DNA from: Candidatus Methanophagales archaeon
Lineage (GTDB): Archaea > Halobacteriota > Syntropharchaeia > Alkanophagales > Methanospirareceae
NCBI GenBank assembly: GCA_030612835.1
Contig: JAUWND010000001.1
Location: forward strand, 1-52,145
Reading direction: 5' to 3'
Length of the DNA stretch: 52,145 nt
Shown: positions 7,974 to 17,885 of the stretch, piece after piece
How positions within the stretch are numbered: position 1 is the stretch's first letter
Layout of the letters: every line of letters begins with the position of its first letter
Notes under the pieces: generated by a model
Told to the model about the DNA's origin: nothing
Seen by the model: the letters and a program-made list of their open reading frames with translations, nothing else
Database searches by the model: none
Program-made: the position numbers and the translations under genes

Positions 7974-8627
7974 ATGGTGAATAAAGACACGGCGATACCG
8001 CAAGGGAGAATGCAGATAAAAAAAGTAGCAGATAATATGATTATGGTTTTTGCTTTTATTGTCATGTTTGCTTCTTTAGCATATCGAAATGAGGTAGGTA
8101 CCGCTCTGGATGTGGTTTTAGGGCCGTTCGCGGATTTTATTGGTGAGTTTTTGATCCTTATCCTTATCTTATCGGTGGTTACCGGCATTTACACCTCGGT
8201 AGTGCAGAAATACACGATGAACTGGGAGCTAATGGCGAAGTCGAAGGAGTATCAGAAACAGATACGAGATCTTCAAAAAGAGTACATGGAGGCGAAAAAG
8301 GAGAACAACCAGCATAAAATGAAGAAAATCGAGAAGAAGCGGACCGAAGTGATGAGAAAGCAAACGCAATTTTCCGGTGAGATGTTCAAGCAGCAAATGA
8401 AGCCTATGGCGTATATTATGATTATTACTATACCCATTTTTATGTGGATCTGGATGTATGTGGAATCGCACCCGGACATGGTGGTGACTTTTCCTTTATT
8501 TGGTGTGACGGAGCTCTCTAGCGCATTCATATTCTCCCTGCCTTTCTGGGTGCTCTGGTATATGATGTGCTCGATACCAATAACGCAGGTGGTAAGAAAG
8601 GCGCTGGGTATAAGGAGCGGGATGTAG
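7974..8627 (+). CDS. DUF106 / EMC3-TMCO1-like membrane protein (archaeal YidC-like insertase family)
   Basis: Transmembrane helices flank a long charged coiled segment (KSKEYQKQIRDLQKEYMEAKKENNQHKMKKIEKKR). This is the typical DUF106 architecture. Confidence 0.6.
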   Translation: MVNKDTAIPQGRMQIKKVADNMIMVFAFIVMFASLAYRNEVGTALDVVLGPFADFIGEFLILILILSVVTGIYTSVVQKYTMNWELMAKSKEYQKQIRDLQKEYMEAKKENNQHKMKKIEKKRTEVMRKQTQFSGEMFKQQMKPMAYIMIITIPIFMWIWMYVESHPDMVVTFPLFGVTELSSAFIFSLPFWVLWYMMCSIPITQVVRKALGIRSGM

Positions 8628-8708
8628 CGTATTTAGTTAGTTAGTTAGTATCTGCACAAAAATCAAAGTTCAATAACATGAAGAGGGCGTAAAGGTGACT
8701 TGAAATAA

Positions 8709-9173
8709 ATGAAAGAGAAAGTTGAAGAGATTATGACACGAGATGTGATTACGGCGACGGAGAACGACACCGTGTTAAATATTGTGAAGGTATTAAAAGA
8801 GAATAGCATAGCAGGTGTGCCGGTGGTCAATGACCGAGAAGAGGTAGTTGGGGTGGTTAGTGTATCAGATATTTTAAAGCTATTAGACGATTTTCACTGG
8901 TATACGCCTTTCTTTTCTGCTATGGACCTTTTACATTTGCATAGCGACGAATTAGAGAATGTGAAGCGAGATATAGAAGAAGTGAGCGAGATGAAAGTGA
9001 AGGACGCGATGTCAAAGAATCCCAAGACTATAGCGCCGGATACGTTAATTGATGATGCCGCACAGATTATGTACTCAACAGGATTCAATAGATTGCCGGT
9101 TTTGGATGGTAAGGGCAAATTAGTCGGAATCGTCGCCAGAGCGGATATAATCTCATCTCTCTGTGATCTATAA
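8709..9173 (+). CDS. CBS-domain pair protein
   Basis: Two CBS motifs: IMTRDVITA...GVPVVNDREEVVGVVSVSDIL and DAMSKNPKTI...RLPVLDGKGKLVGIVARADII. Confidence 0.8.
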   Translation: MKEKVEEIMTRDVITATENDTVLNIVKVLKENSIAGVPVVNDREEVVGVVSVSDILKLLDDFHWYTPFFSAMDLLHLHSDELENVKRDIEEVSEMKVKDAMSKNPKTIAPDTLIDDAAQIMYSTGFNRLPVLDGKGKLVGIVARADIISSLCDL

Positions 9174-9193
9174 GGAATGGTGGGGAAAGACAA

Positions 9194-9676
9194 ATGCAAG
9201 CAGAAACAATTGTTAAAGTTAGGGAACTTATGACTACCGATGTTATAGCATTCAAGCCCGATGATAAAGTCCATCAGGTGGCCGAGACGTTTAGATCGAA
9301 TCGGATTAGTGGTGCACCGGTGATTGATGATCAGAGAAAGGTTATTGGTGTGATTAGTGAAGCGGACATCATGAAATTGACTGCAACAGTCCCCTTTCCC
9401 GATATAGATCCGCTTAATCCTTTCCCGGTCTTCTCTTTGACCGCATACAGGAAAAAGGTAGAGAAAATCCCGGCTGAAATAGAGACACTATTCGAAGGAT
9501 CTGTAAAGGACGTGATGACAAAAGATCCGGTAACGATTTCACCGGATGACTCTGTTTTAGATGCTGCCCGGCTAATGCATAAAGACGATTTTAATCGAAT
9601 TCCCGTGGTAGATGACGAAGGGAAATTGGTGGGGCTAATAGCAAGAGCAGATATTATCAGCCTCTTTGTACAATGA
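9194..9676 (+). CDS. CBS-domain pair protein (paralogue of the preceding gene)
   Basis: Two CBS motifs: LMTTDVIAF...GAPVIDDQRKVIGVISEADIM and DVMTKDPVTI...RIPVVDDEGKLVGLIARADII. Confidence 0.8.
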   Translation: MQAETIVKVRELMTTDVIAFKPDDKVHQVAETFRSNRISGAPVIDDQRKVIGVISEADIMKLTATVPFPDIDPLNPFPVFSLTAYRKKVEKIPAEIETLFEGSVKDVMTKDPVTISPDDSVLDAARLMHKDDFNRIPVVDDEGKLVGLIARADIISLFVQ

Positions 9677-9761
9677 GCAAACAATGCAAAGTGCAAAGTG
9701 CAAAGTGTAAAAGTCAAAATGTTTTATATTCCATATAAGAACAGAAGCCATCAGTAAGCAC

Positions 9762-10880
9762 ATGGATAGGAAAGCTATATCAAAAGCGAAGAGGATCGTA
9801 ATAAAGATAGGGACCAGCAATCTCACGGATAAGAGTTACCGGCTTGAGCCAGGGAAAGTGGAAAAGCTCGCTAAAGAAATATCCGAATTGAAAAGACAAG
9901 ATAAAGAAGTAATTGTAGTGACGTCAGGCGCTATCGGTGCGGGTATCGGTAAGCTCGACCTGAAGCAAAGACCCCGTGACGTAAAGGTATTACAGGCTAC
10001 TGCTGCCGTTGGTCAAAGTGTCCTGATGAGCACCTATGACAGCTATTTCGCTCGATTTGGGCAGACCATCGCCCAGGTTTTGTTGACATACGGTGACTTC
10101 GTCAACAGACAGCGGTACCTCAACATTAGAAATACATTGCTCACATTGCTTAAGTCCGGAGTAATCCCAATAATCAATGAGAACGACACCGTAGCTGTGG
10201 ACGAGCTGAAATTTGGCGATAACGACACATTATCCGCATTGGTGGCAAGCAACCTCGGTGCGGATTTACTTATTTTACTCTCTGACATAGACGGCTTGTT
10301 CACATATAACCCTAAAAGGAGTGCGAAAGCGGAATTCATACCCCTTGTGGACGAGATAACCGATGAGATCGAACGTATTGCGGAAACAGGCGGTAAAACG
10401 AGTGTCGGTGGTATGAAGACGAAGATAGAAGCCGCTAAGGTAGCCATGAAAGCAGGTATACCTATGGTTATCGCAAACGGTGGTGAAGAGAACATACTCA
10501 TGCGGATTATAGAAGGTGCGCCTGTTGGTACTTTATTCATTCCAAAACAGGTGCGGATGAACGATAGAGCGCATTGGATTCTCTTCTCTGCATCGCCAAA
10601 GGGCCAAATCAAAGTGGATGCAGGTGCTAAGACAGCATTGGTCAAGCGAGGCGGTAGCTTGCTCCCCTCTGGGATCGTCGGTGTTGAAAATGCGTTCATC
10701 TGTGGCGATCCAGTAAGCATTGTTGACGCCAAAGGTGTGGAATTCGCTCGCGGCATCACAAACTACTCAAGCAGCGATATTGAAAAGATAAAAGGAGCGC
10801 AATCAAGCGCAATCGAGCAGCTTTTGGGTCGCAAAGAATATGCTGCAGTGGTTTATAGAAGTAATCTTGTGTTAGTGTAA
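9762..10880 (+). CDS. proB: Glutamate 5-kinase with C-terminal PUA domain
   Basis: VVKIGTS, VTSGAIGAG, NENDTVAVDELKFGDNDTLSA and a C-terminal PUA-like GSLLPSGIVGVE; 372 aa. Confidence 0.85.
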   Translation: MDRKAISKAKRIVIKIGTSNLTDKSYRLEPGKVEKLAKEISELKRQDKEVIVVTSGAIGAGIGKLDLKQRPRDVKVLQATAAVGQSVLMSTYDSYFARFGQTIAQVLLTYGDFVNRQRYLNIRNTLLTLLKSGVIPIINENDTVAVDELKFGDNDTLSALVASNLGADLLILLSDIDGLFTYNPKRSAKAEFIPLVDEITDEIERIAETGGKTSVGGMKTKIEAAKVAMKAGIPMVIANGGEENILMRIIEGAPVGTLFIPKQVRMNDRAHWILFSASPKGQIKVDAGAKTALVKRGGSLLPSGIVGVENAFICGDPVSIVDAKGVEFARGITNYSSSDIEKIKGAQSSAIEQLLGRKEYAAVVYRSNLVLV

Positions 10881-10923
10881 AATCGGATTTTTTCTTTTGC
10901 GGAAATGGCAAAAGTATGCAAGT

Positions 10924-11451
10924 TTAATTCTCTTCCGCTTCGGTCTTTCTCTTGTATAACACCCATCCCGAAGAATCTATTTTTCCATTTGCTAATACAA
11001 CTATTGTTCCATCGTCCGTCTTTATACGCGTTTTTCTTAACGTAACCTCGAGGATCGTTCCTCTATATTTCATCGTCTCAACCTCGTCACCAATATTGAA
11101 GTGCTTGTCTAACAGGATGAATATCCCTGCCACCGCATCGCTTAAGACGTTCTTAACGGCTAATGCAACAGCAAGACAGACTATAACAGAGGCGCCAAGG
11201 AGTGGCATGAGTACCTCTTCTAAATTCAGTTCCGCAATGACATACATCAGAACAATGAACCATAGAACATACACGACGACTCTTCGCAGGATGTTCTGTG
11301 CATCCACAGGCAGAGCGCGAGCGCTTAAGAATCTTTTAAGTAATCTGCTAATTAGTCTAATCACGAAAAAAGCGACTACCAGAACTACTACCACTTTCAA
11401 ATACGTCACAGCATCCTGAGATAAATTTGGTATATCCATTATATGCACCAT
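10924..11451 (-). CDS. Small-conductance mechanosensitive channel (MscS family)
   Basis: Pore helix plus beta-domain: AVKNVLSDAVAGIFILLDKHFNIGDEVE...GTILEVTLRKTRIKTDDGTIVVLANG. The start is moved to the ATG at 11451 (MVHIMD...), which lies about 25 nt downstream of a TTTATATA box. Confidence 0.7.
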   Translation of the reverse strand: MVHIMDIPNLSQDAVTYLKVVVVLVVAFFVIRLISRLLKRFLSARALPVDAQNILRRVVVYVLWFIVLMYVIAELNLEEVLMPLLGASVIVCLAVALAVKNVLSDAVAGIFILLDKHFNIGDEVETMKYRGTILEVTLRKTRIKTDDGTIVVLANGKIDSSGWVLYKRKTEAEEN

Positions 11452-11472
11452 ATCCTTTTTAGATCTGGAGCT

Positions 11473-11480
11473 ATATAAAT
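11473..11480 (-). promoter_or_regulatory. TATA box (TTTATATA) for the MscS gene; spacing implies a leaderless or near-leaderless mRNA
   Basis: The minus strand reads ATTTATATAG. The box centre is about 25 nt upstream of the ATG at 11451. Confidence 0.5.
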
Positions 11481-11663
11481 TACTAACTCCTAACTCAGGT
11501 GTTAATCTTGTTAAATCACAGATTAAGAATAGGGCGATTACTTGTCCCACCTCGTCTTAGAACGGTACGTGGAAGTTTTAAATACTATTTTAAACGAGAG
11601 CGTTAAAAGAGGGAAGCGGTGTAATCTTGCTTAGCAAACCAAATAAACAGAATACAGCGGTAT

Positions 11664-13094
11664 ATGGATAATACAGTACCAGAGATGGCCATTTCTGATG
11701 CGGCATCGCAGGAAAAGAAAACGGTAGGCGTGGCGATGTTACTTGGCGATCCGAAAAGAGCCATTATCAAACTCGCATTACCTATGATCGCAGCTATGTC
11801 ACTGCAAACAATCTACAATCTCGTGGATGCCATTTGGGTTTCTGGTCTTGGTGCGGATGCGCTCGCAGCTATTGGTTTCGTCTTCCCATTCTTCTTTCTG
11901 GCTATTGGACTGTCAAATGGGTTAGGTGTAGGTGCCGGGTCTGCCATATCACGTAGGATCGGTGCCCGAGATAAGCTGGGTGCAGACAACGTGGCCGTTC
12001 ATACACTCATTATGATGCTGTTACTCACTGTTCTTTTTACCATACCGCTTTATGCCTTTACTGACGAGCTATTTGTTCTGATAGGTGCCGGTAAGACGGC
12101 GGATATGGCAATAGCCTATGCCCAGATTTTCTTCGCCGGCAGTATTTTCATATTTTTCACTAACGTAGCAAATGCTATACTGCGGAGTGAAGGAGACGCC
12201 AAGCGAGCCATGTACGCTATGGCATTGGGTGCAGGTCTGAATATTATCCTGGACCCGATTTTTATCTACACTTTTGGTCTGGGAGTTGCCGGTGCTGCAT
12301 GGGCCACACTCATATCGCTGGCCATTACATCATTTATCATGCTAAACTGGCTGCTTGTCAAAAAGGACACGTACGTATCATTCAAGTTCAGTGGGTTCCA
12401 ATTTGATAAAGAGATAGTTAAGGATATTTTCAGGGTTGCTCTGCCTGCTTCCGTGATGCAGCTCGCTATATCGTTAACCATATTGATAATAAATCTCATA
12501 TTAGTAAAAGTGGGCAACACCGATTCCGTAGCAATATATTCAACAGGGTGGCGGGTAGTAACAATAGCAATATTGCCGCTTATGGGTATCGCTACTGCCG
12601 TTGTATCGGTGACTGGAGCTGCTTTTGGTGCGCACGCATATGAAAAGGTAAGTATTGCACATCTCTATGCAACAAAGGTGGGTCTCGTGATAGAGATAGT
12701 TATAGGTGTGGCAACCTTCATTCTTGCACCGCAGATCGCTATGATATTCACACATTCCGAGGGGGCGGCACATTTAGCTCCCGAGCTGACAATGTTTTTC
12801 AGGATAATCAGTCTTTTTTACCCATCAGTATCATTTGGAATGCTCTCTTCTTCGCTCTTTCAAGGAACAGGGAAAGGGATGTACGCACTGGCAGTCACGC
12901 TTTTGCGTACGCTAATCCTAATGCCGTTATTTGCTCTTCTATTCGCTTTTAATCTCGAACTGGGACTGGTTGGCGTATGGTGGGGCGTGGTTGTAGCAAA
13001 CATCATTGGTCCTGCAGTAGCGTTCGTATGGGCGAGGCTGTATATAAGGCGGTTAACAAGAAAGGTTACATCCCGCCCCGGAGCGCAAGAATAA
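11664..13094 (+). CDS. MATE family efflux transporter
   Basis: 476 aa with about 12 TM segments. The N-terminal LALPMIAAMSLQTIYNLVDAIWVSGLG is typical of MatE repeats. Confidence 0.8.
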   Translation: MDNTVPEMAISDAASQEKKTVGVAMLLGDPKRAIIKLALPMIAAMSLQTIYNLVDAIWVSGLGADALAAIGFVFPFFFLAIGLSNGLGVGAGSAISRRIGARDKLGADNVAVHTLIMMLLLTVLFTIPLYAFTDELFVLIGAGKTADMAIAYAQIFFAGSIFIFFTNVANAILRSEGDAKRAMYAMALGAGLNIILDPIFIYTFGLGVAGAAWATLISLAITSFIMLNWLLVKKDTYVSFKFSGFQFDKEIVKDIFRVALPASVMQLAISLTILIINLILVKVGNTDSVAIYSTGWRVVTIAILPLMGIATAVVSVTGAAFGAHAYEKVSIAHLYATKVGLVIEIVIGVATFILAPQIAMIFTHSEGAAHLAPELTMFFRIISLFYPSVSFGMLSSSLFQGTGKGMYALAVTLLRTLILMPLFALLFAFNLELGLVGVWWGVVVANIIGPAVAFVWARLYIRRLTRKVTSRPGAQE

Positions 13095-14025
13095 TAAGAT
13101 AGCTACCATAAACAGCAGCCAATACAACTGCCTCTTTCTTTCCTAAACTTCGTCTGAAGATGATTATGGCTAAGAAGATGAAGACGGATAATAAGAGATA
13201 AAACGCAGATAGTCCTATGTTGCCCTGAATATAAGTTACCGCAACGAAACTGAAAGGCAAACCTATTCCCGCTAGGAGATCGAAAATATTACTGCCCAGT
13301 GCGTTAGAAACGGCTAAGCTCCCCATACCCTTCCTTGACGCATCTACCGACACGAAAAGGTCGGGGATTGAGGTCGCGATTGCGATAATAATCAAGCTAA
13401 AGAGCGATTGCGATAAACCTAAAGTATCAGTAATATAAAATGTTGACTTAACCATTATATCCGCACTCACCGCGATACCAGCAACACCTATTCCGGTATA
13501 AATAATCGCCTTCCGTGTTGATACATACTTAAACTCCTCTTTGGGTACGAACTTCCCTTTAATCGCATCCTTAAAAAGCCAGATGAAATAGACGATATAA
13601 AGCAAGAACCAGGATAAAGCCTCCCATTGTGTCAAAACGCCATCCATGATCGTCACTACCGTAACAATCACAACGAGGAGATAAAATGCCCCGTCCCGTT
13701 TGAGCACTTTCTCATCGAGAACGCATTTTCGCACCCAGAAGGAGAAAGCAACCAATAATGTGATATTAAAGATAGCCGAGCCGACGATTGTCCCCAGACC
13801 TATATCCGGATGCCCCTCAACAACGGAGAATACGGACGCACCCATTTCCGGTGCGCTACTCACCATAGCGGCTACAGAAGCGCCTGCAACTGATTCGGGC
13901 ACGTTGAATCGTTTCGCAAGAGAGCCTAAACCACTCACAAAGAGACCCGTTAGATAGAAAAACGCTATAAAACAGATTGCAAGAGCAAGAATCGCTATCC
14001 CTAACCCGTAACCCAATCTCTTCAC
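13066..14025 (-). CDS. Ca2+/cation antiporter (CaCA, YrbG-like Na+/Ca2+ exchanger)
   Basis: Two alpha-repeat motifs (SSAPEM...GTIVGSAIFNI and TSIPDLF...SNALGSNIFDLL). The 3' end overlaps the convergent MATE gene by 29 nt. Confidence 0.75.
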   Translation of the reverse strand: MKRLGYGLGIAILALAICFIAFFYLTGLFVSGLGSLAKRFNVPESVAGASVAAMVSSAPEMGASVFSVVEGHPDIGLGTIVGSAIFNITLLVAFSFWVRKCVLDEKVLKRDGAFYLLVVIVTVVTIMDGVLTQWEALSWFLLYIVYFIWLFKDAIKGKFVPKEEFKYVSTRKAIIYTGIGVAGIAVSADIMVKSTFYITDTLGLSQSLFSLIIIAIATSIPDLFVSVDASRKGMGSLAVSNALGSNIFDLLAGIGLPFSFVAVTYIQGNIGLSAFYLLLSVFIFLAIIIFRRSLGKKEAVVLAAVYGSYLIILALRGGM

Positions 14026-14109
14026 TCACCCCCCCGTTTTAGCTCGTGCATCTTTGTTTGTTATGCTATATAAGGTAATAGTCTTTGTATTTGAAATAGG
14101 GGAATAAAA

Positions 14110-14751
14110 ATGATAGAAATATTGACGAATCCGAACAAATTTTTTGAAGTGAAGAAGGAGGAAGAAGTAAGTCTGAAGATACCGGCGCTTATCGTTTTGA
14201 TAATCGGTATAATCAGTGGCATAGGCGCTTATTTTATGGGTGGATTAACTGCTGAAATGCTCAGCGGAACACTTCCACCAGAGGCACAAGCGTTTCTTTC
14301 GTTCATACCTATTAGCACTGCTATCACCGCAGTGATAGTTTCATTCATCATCTGGGTTGTCTTTGCCGCTATATTCTACGGCATATCCTGCATATTCAAA
14401 GGTGAGGGGAAGTTCAAGCGAACACTCGAATTCGTTGGATACGGTTACATCCCAATGATAATTAGCGGCATAATAGGTGCTATATTCATCTACAATTTCG
14501 TTTCAACCGTGCATATTCCAGTAGTAACAGATCCGGCAAAGATGGCGGAAGCATTTGAACCACTGCTGAAAAGCCCAATGATGCAGCTTTCATATGCAAT
14601 CAGTATTCTCTTCATGCTGTGGAGTGCGAACATCTGGGTGTTCGGGCTGAAACACGCACGGAATCTAACGATGAAGAACGCATTGATCACCGTTGCCATT
14701 CCAGTGGCTGTTTACGTTCTGTGGACGATCTACCAGATGGGGGTGATGTGA
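14110..14751 (+). CDS. Yip1-domain integral membrane protein
   Basis: 213 aa. A short cytoplasmic N-terminus (ILTNPNKFFE) is followed by five TM helices, which is a Yip1/DUF1282-like layout. The stop abuts the next ATG (TGAATG). Confidence 0.55.
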   Translation: MIEILTNPNKFFEVKKEEEVSLKIPALIVLIIGIISGIGAYFMGGLTAEMLSGTLPPEAQAFLSFIPISTAITAVIVSFIIWVVFAAIFYGISCIFKGEGKFKRTLEFVGYGYIPMIISGIIGAIFIYNFVSTVHIPVVTDPAKMAEAFEPLLKSPMMQLSYAISILFMLWSANIWVFGLKHARNLTMKNALITVAIPVAVYVLWTIYQMGVM

Positions 14752-15921
14752 ATGCGCCAAACGATCCCCACATTTATTTTTTTGCTCTTATTCTTTTTTG
14801 TCATTGCAGTCGCAACATCTGGCGTCAGCGTAGTTAGTTCAGTAACAGGAGAGCAGAAATCTTCTGTTATGATCACAGGTTATCAAGTGAATCCGGAAGT
14901 GCTCATGTGCAACGATATAGGCACGGTAACGGTGACAGTAAAGAACATGGAACCGAAAACCGTAAACATAAATGAGGTACAGATGTTAAGTCAGGGAATC
15001 AAAGTGCTGAGCGATTCGTACTTTAACCCTGGTAGTTTAGGACCTGGGGGAGCTCTAAGTCTCACGTTCACTATAAAGGCGACTTGTCCCGACGGCATAT
15101 ATTATCCAAAAGTAATAGTAAATGGCGAAGGCGTCCAGAGCATAAGATACTCCTTTCCGGTGACTGTGGACAGTTCTCCTTTAATCATCGGCGTTAAGGA
15201 CGTTCCGGAAGATATTTTTAGAGGTGAGCGAGCAAAGATCGAGCTCGTTGTCGGTAATTCCAGACCAAATAACGTTACAGCCGTGAAGATCGTTACCGAG
15301 GATAAAGACGTGATGCCCGCGGAGGTCTTCATCGGCACGCTATCGGCAGACGACTCAGAAGTTGCCGCTTTCTATCTCACACCGCAAGAGAGTGGTGATT
15401 GTGTCCTGAACTTCAAGTTACAATTTAAAAACGGCGATAACTACCATTATACCGATTTGAGCGTGCCTTTGAATGTGACGGAGAGCAAAAAGAGCGCGGA
15501 ACTCATCCTCACCGGTATCGAAGTGGAATCCATGCCCGGGATGAATGTGTATAAGATCACAGGCGACATAAACAATGCGGGTTTAGAAGCAGCAAATAGC
15601 GTGGTTATGAAGGTATGTGATGCAGAAGGCATAGAGGCAATGCAGCCATACAAGGCCTATTTCGTGGGCTTGCTCAACGCGGACGATTTCAGCAGTTTCG
15701 AACTCAATGTAAAGATAGGTGGAAATGAAACGCAGGTGCCGCTTATCATCGAATACAAAGACGAAGATGGTATTCTTTTCTCGGAGCACGAATACATCTC
15801 GATAGAAAGTACTCAGGGGATCGCAAGTACAGGTGAATTGCCAGTTCCGATGATTGCTGTGGTCATTGTGATTGCAATAGTAGTCATTGGGATGATTGCG
15901 TATTCATGGAAGAAGAGATAG
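14752..15921 (+). CDS. Secreted, C-terminally anchored multi-Ig-like (CARDB/COG1361 S-layer-domain-like) protein
   Basis: It has an N-terminal signal/TM, repeated beta-rich modules (VTVKNM..., ELVVGNS..., ITGDINNAG...) and a C-terminal TM ending in KKR. The stop abuts the ABC ATPase start (TAGATG). Confidence 0.5.
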   Translation: MRQTIPTFIFLLLFFFVIAVATSGVSVVSSVTGEQKSSVMITGYQVNPEVLMCNDIGTVTVTVKNMEPKTVNINEVQMLSQGIKVLSDSYFNPGSLGPGGALSLTFTIKATCPDGIYYPKVIVNGEGVQSIRYSFPVTVDSSPLIIGVKDVPEDIFRGERAKIELVVGNSRPNNVTAVKIVTEDKDVMPAEVFIGTLSADDSEVAAFYLTPQESGDCVLNFKLQFKNGDNYHYTDLSVPLNVTESKKSAELILTGIEVESMPGMNVYKITGDINNAGLEAANSVVMKVCDAEGIEAMQPYKAYFVGLLNADDFSSFELNVKIGGNETQVPLIIEYKDEDGILFSEHEYISIESTQGIASTGELPVPMIAVVIVIAIVVIGMIAYSWKKR

Positions 15922-16602
15922 ATGAATGTGGTGGAGCTTGTAGAAGTAACAAAAGTATATGAGCTTCCTCGTGGGAGCGTCAAAGCGCTTGATAACGTGA
16001 CGGCAAGCATAGAAGCCGGCGAGTTCATTTCTGTTATGGGCCCTTCAGGCTCGGGAAAGACAACGTTCCTTAATATCATCGGGTGTTTGGACACGCCGAC
16101 AGAAGGTACGGTAGAGGTCGGTGGTGAAAACATCAATGGACTGGATGATGAAGCGTTGACTAAGATAAGGCGTGATAAAATAGGATTTGTATTTCAGCAG
16201 TTTAACCTCATAGCCACATTAACTGCACTTGAGAATATCGAGTACCCGATGATATTAAAGGGCGTGAACGGGCACGAGGAAAAGAGCAAGGGACTCGTGA
16301 GTTCTGTTGGATTGGATGAGGAACTGGGCGAGAACAAACCAAACGAGCTTTCAGGTGGCGAGCAACAGCGTGTTGCTATTGCTCGTGCACTGGCAAATGA
16401 CCCGGATATAATTCTTGCCGATGAGCCTACTGGTAATCTTGACTCGAAGACGAGCAGAGACATTATGCAGCTCCTGAAAGAGACAAACGAGCGCGGAAAG
16501 ACTATTATCATAGTTACGCATGACCCGCAGGTTGCTTCGTATACTAAACGCACATTCAGGCTTGTGGATGGGAGGATAGATAGTGATGGGGTGTTTCTGT
16601 AA
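15922..16602 (+). CDS. ABC transporter ATP-binding protein (MacB/LolD-type)
   Basis: Walker A GPSGSGKTT, Q-loop, signature LSGGEQQRVAIARAL, Walker B ILADEPTGNLD and H-loop VTHD. Confidence 0.9.
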   Translation: MNVVELVEVTKVYELPRGSVKALDNVTASIEAGEFISVMGPSGSGKTTFLNIIGCLDTPTEGTVEVGGENINGLDDEALTKIRRDKIGFVFQQFNLIATLTALENIEYPMILKGVNGHEEKSKGLVSSVGLDEELGENKPNELSGGEQQRVAIARALANDPDIILADEPTGNLDSKTSRDIMQLLKETNERGKTIIIVTHDPQVASYTKRTFRLVDGRIDSDGVFL

Positions 16603-16643
16603 GACCACGCTATTACACAAGAGTAACTGGGCGGTGAAAAGTA

Positions 16644-16667
16644 AGAATCTTGTGAAATCTTGTGGTT
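16644..16667 (-). repeat. R1 repeat copy (AACCACAAGATTTCACAAGATTCT on the minus strand)
   Basis: It matches 49068-49100 and 37996-38026. Confidence 0.75.
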
Positions 16668-16679
16668 ATAAAAGATAAA

Positions 16680-17798
16680 ATGATCTTCTTCGAGTTCGCA
16701 AAACGGAACCTCGCAAGGCATAAGTTCAGGTCTGTGCTCGCCATCCTAGGGATTGTGATAGGTGTGCTGGCAATAACAGCACTGGGTATCCTCGGAAACA
16801 GTGTTCAGCTCGCCGTCTCTGAGCAGTTGTGCATGATAGGAAATGAGCTCGTAGTCTACCCATATGGCGAAGAAGCGATTTCTGAAGATAATTTCGAGAA
16901 GATAGAGAAAGTAGCAGAAGCTATCCCGGTACAGTCAATGGGGGATAAGGCAACACTAAACGGCGAGTCAACGTTTGTTATGGTCTATGGTATGCGTAGC
17001 GAGGACATTCCGAAACTGCTGGAGAAAGAGGCGGGGCAGTTTCTTAAACACGGCTCCCTAAACTGTATGGTCGGTTCTAGACTCGCGGACAATTATGAGC
17101 TCCGGGTAGGGGAGCGGGCAGCGCTACAAAGTCAGAAGCCAAGGATCGTGGGTATCTTAGCGGAAAGAGGAGTAGGGTTCGATATAAATCCGGATAATGC
17201 CATCATTGTCTCTGATAAGATGTTCGAGTCGATGTATAATACAACAGGCTACAACTCGGTGATTGTAAAGGTGGAAAAAATAGATGACGTAGAAGGCGCA
17301 AAGGAGGAGATTGAAGCACGATTGAACAAGAAAGAGGAAGTTGTAATGGTGATGGAGCTGAAAATGATTGTGGAAGGTATAAAGGGACTGTTCAATACGA
17401 TCTCCATATTCCTGCTTGGCATTGGCGCTATCTCACTCGTGGTTGCAGGTGTAAGCATCCTTAACGTAATGATGATGTCCACGGTGGAGCGAACGAAGGA
17501 GATAGGGGTGATGCGTGCAATAGGAACGTCAAAACGAGAGATACTGCGTATGTTCCTCTTTGAATCGTTGATCCTGGGCGTGATAGGCGGCGTAATAGGT
17601 GCGATTTTGGGCTTCGGTGCTGGTTTCTTAGTGGACGTCTTGATATTACATGAAGCGTCATATCTGTTTGCTCCTTCAAGCATCCTTTATGTATTCGTTG
17701 GTATTGCCTTCGGAGTAGGGACGAGCGTGCTAAGCGGGCTTTATCCGGCATGGCGCGCTTCTAAGTTGAAGCCGATAGAGGCACTGAGATATGAGTGA
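16680..17798 (+). CDS. ABC transporter permease (FtsX/MacB-type with periplasmic domain)
   Basis: The N-terminus is FAKRNLARHKFRSVLAILGIVIGV and the C-terminus is an FtsX 4-helix module (ERTKEIGVMRAIGTSKREI...). The ATG at 16680 is preferred over the GTG at 16662, which lies inside an intergenic repeat copy. Confidence 0.8.
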   Translation: MIFFEFAKRNLARHKFRSVLAILGIVIGVLAITALGILGNSVQLAVSEQLCMIGNELVVYPYGEEAISEDNFEKIEKVAEAIPVQSMGDKATLNGESTFVMVYGMRSEDIPKLLEKEAGQFLKHGSLNCMVGSRLADNYELRVGERAALQSQKPRIVGILAERGVGFDINPDNAIIVSDKMFESMYNTTGYNSVIVKVEKIDDVEGAKEEIEARLNKKEEVVMVMELKMIVEGIKGLFNTISIFLLGIGAISLVVAGVSILNVMMMSTVERTKEIGVMRAIGTSKREILRMFLFESLILGVIGGVIGAILGFGAGFLVDVLILHEASYLFAPSSILYVFVGIAFGVGTSVLSGLYPAWRASKLKPIEALRYE

Positions 17799-17885
17799 AA
17801 ACAAAAAACGGTGAATCGGTGGTGGTACTGGGAACTGTTTGTAATTATAAGACAAAATTATATCTTAAATGCAGGGGAGATAAAA

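Noticed and set aside
9684-9716. Short tandem repeats in spacers that might be mistaken for CRISPR arrays: (GCAAAGT)x3 here, TTAG x4 at 8633-8650, GATTTTGG-like units at 28540-28562, and decamers at 50621-50650.
   Set aside because: The units are 4-14 nt and directly abutting, with no unique spacers. There are only 2-4 copies and no cas genes. These are microsatellite or R1-type arrays, not CRISPR.
10043-10759. Long antisense ORFs inside well-supported genes: 238 aa opposite proB, 175 and 185 aa opposite cobN at 35482-36009 and 37375-37932, 201 aa opposite PiT, 180 aa opposite btuC, and others.
   Set aside because: These are shadow ORFs on the opposite strand of strongly conserved genes. Their composition is low-complexity (Ser/Pro/Ile-rich) with no recognisable motifs.
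13066-13094. 29-nt overlap of the convergent MATE and CaCA gene ends as a possible antisense regulatory feature.
   Set aside because: Short convergent overlaps are common in compact archaeal genomes, and there is no additional structure or conservation signal here.
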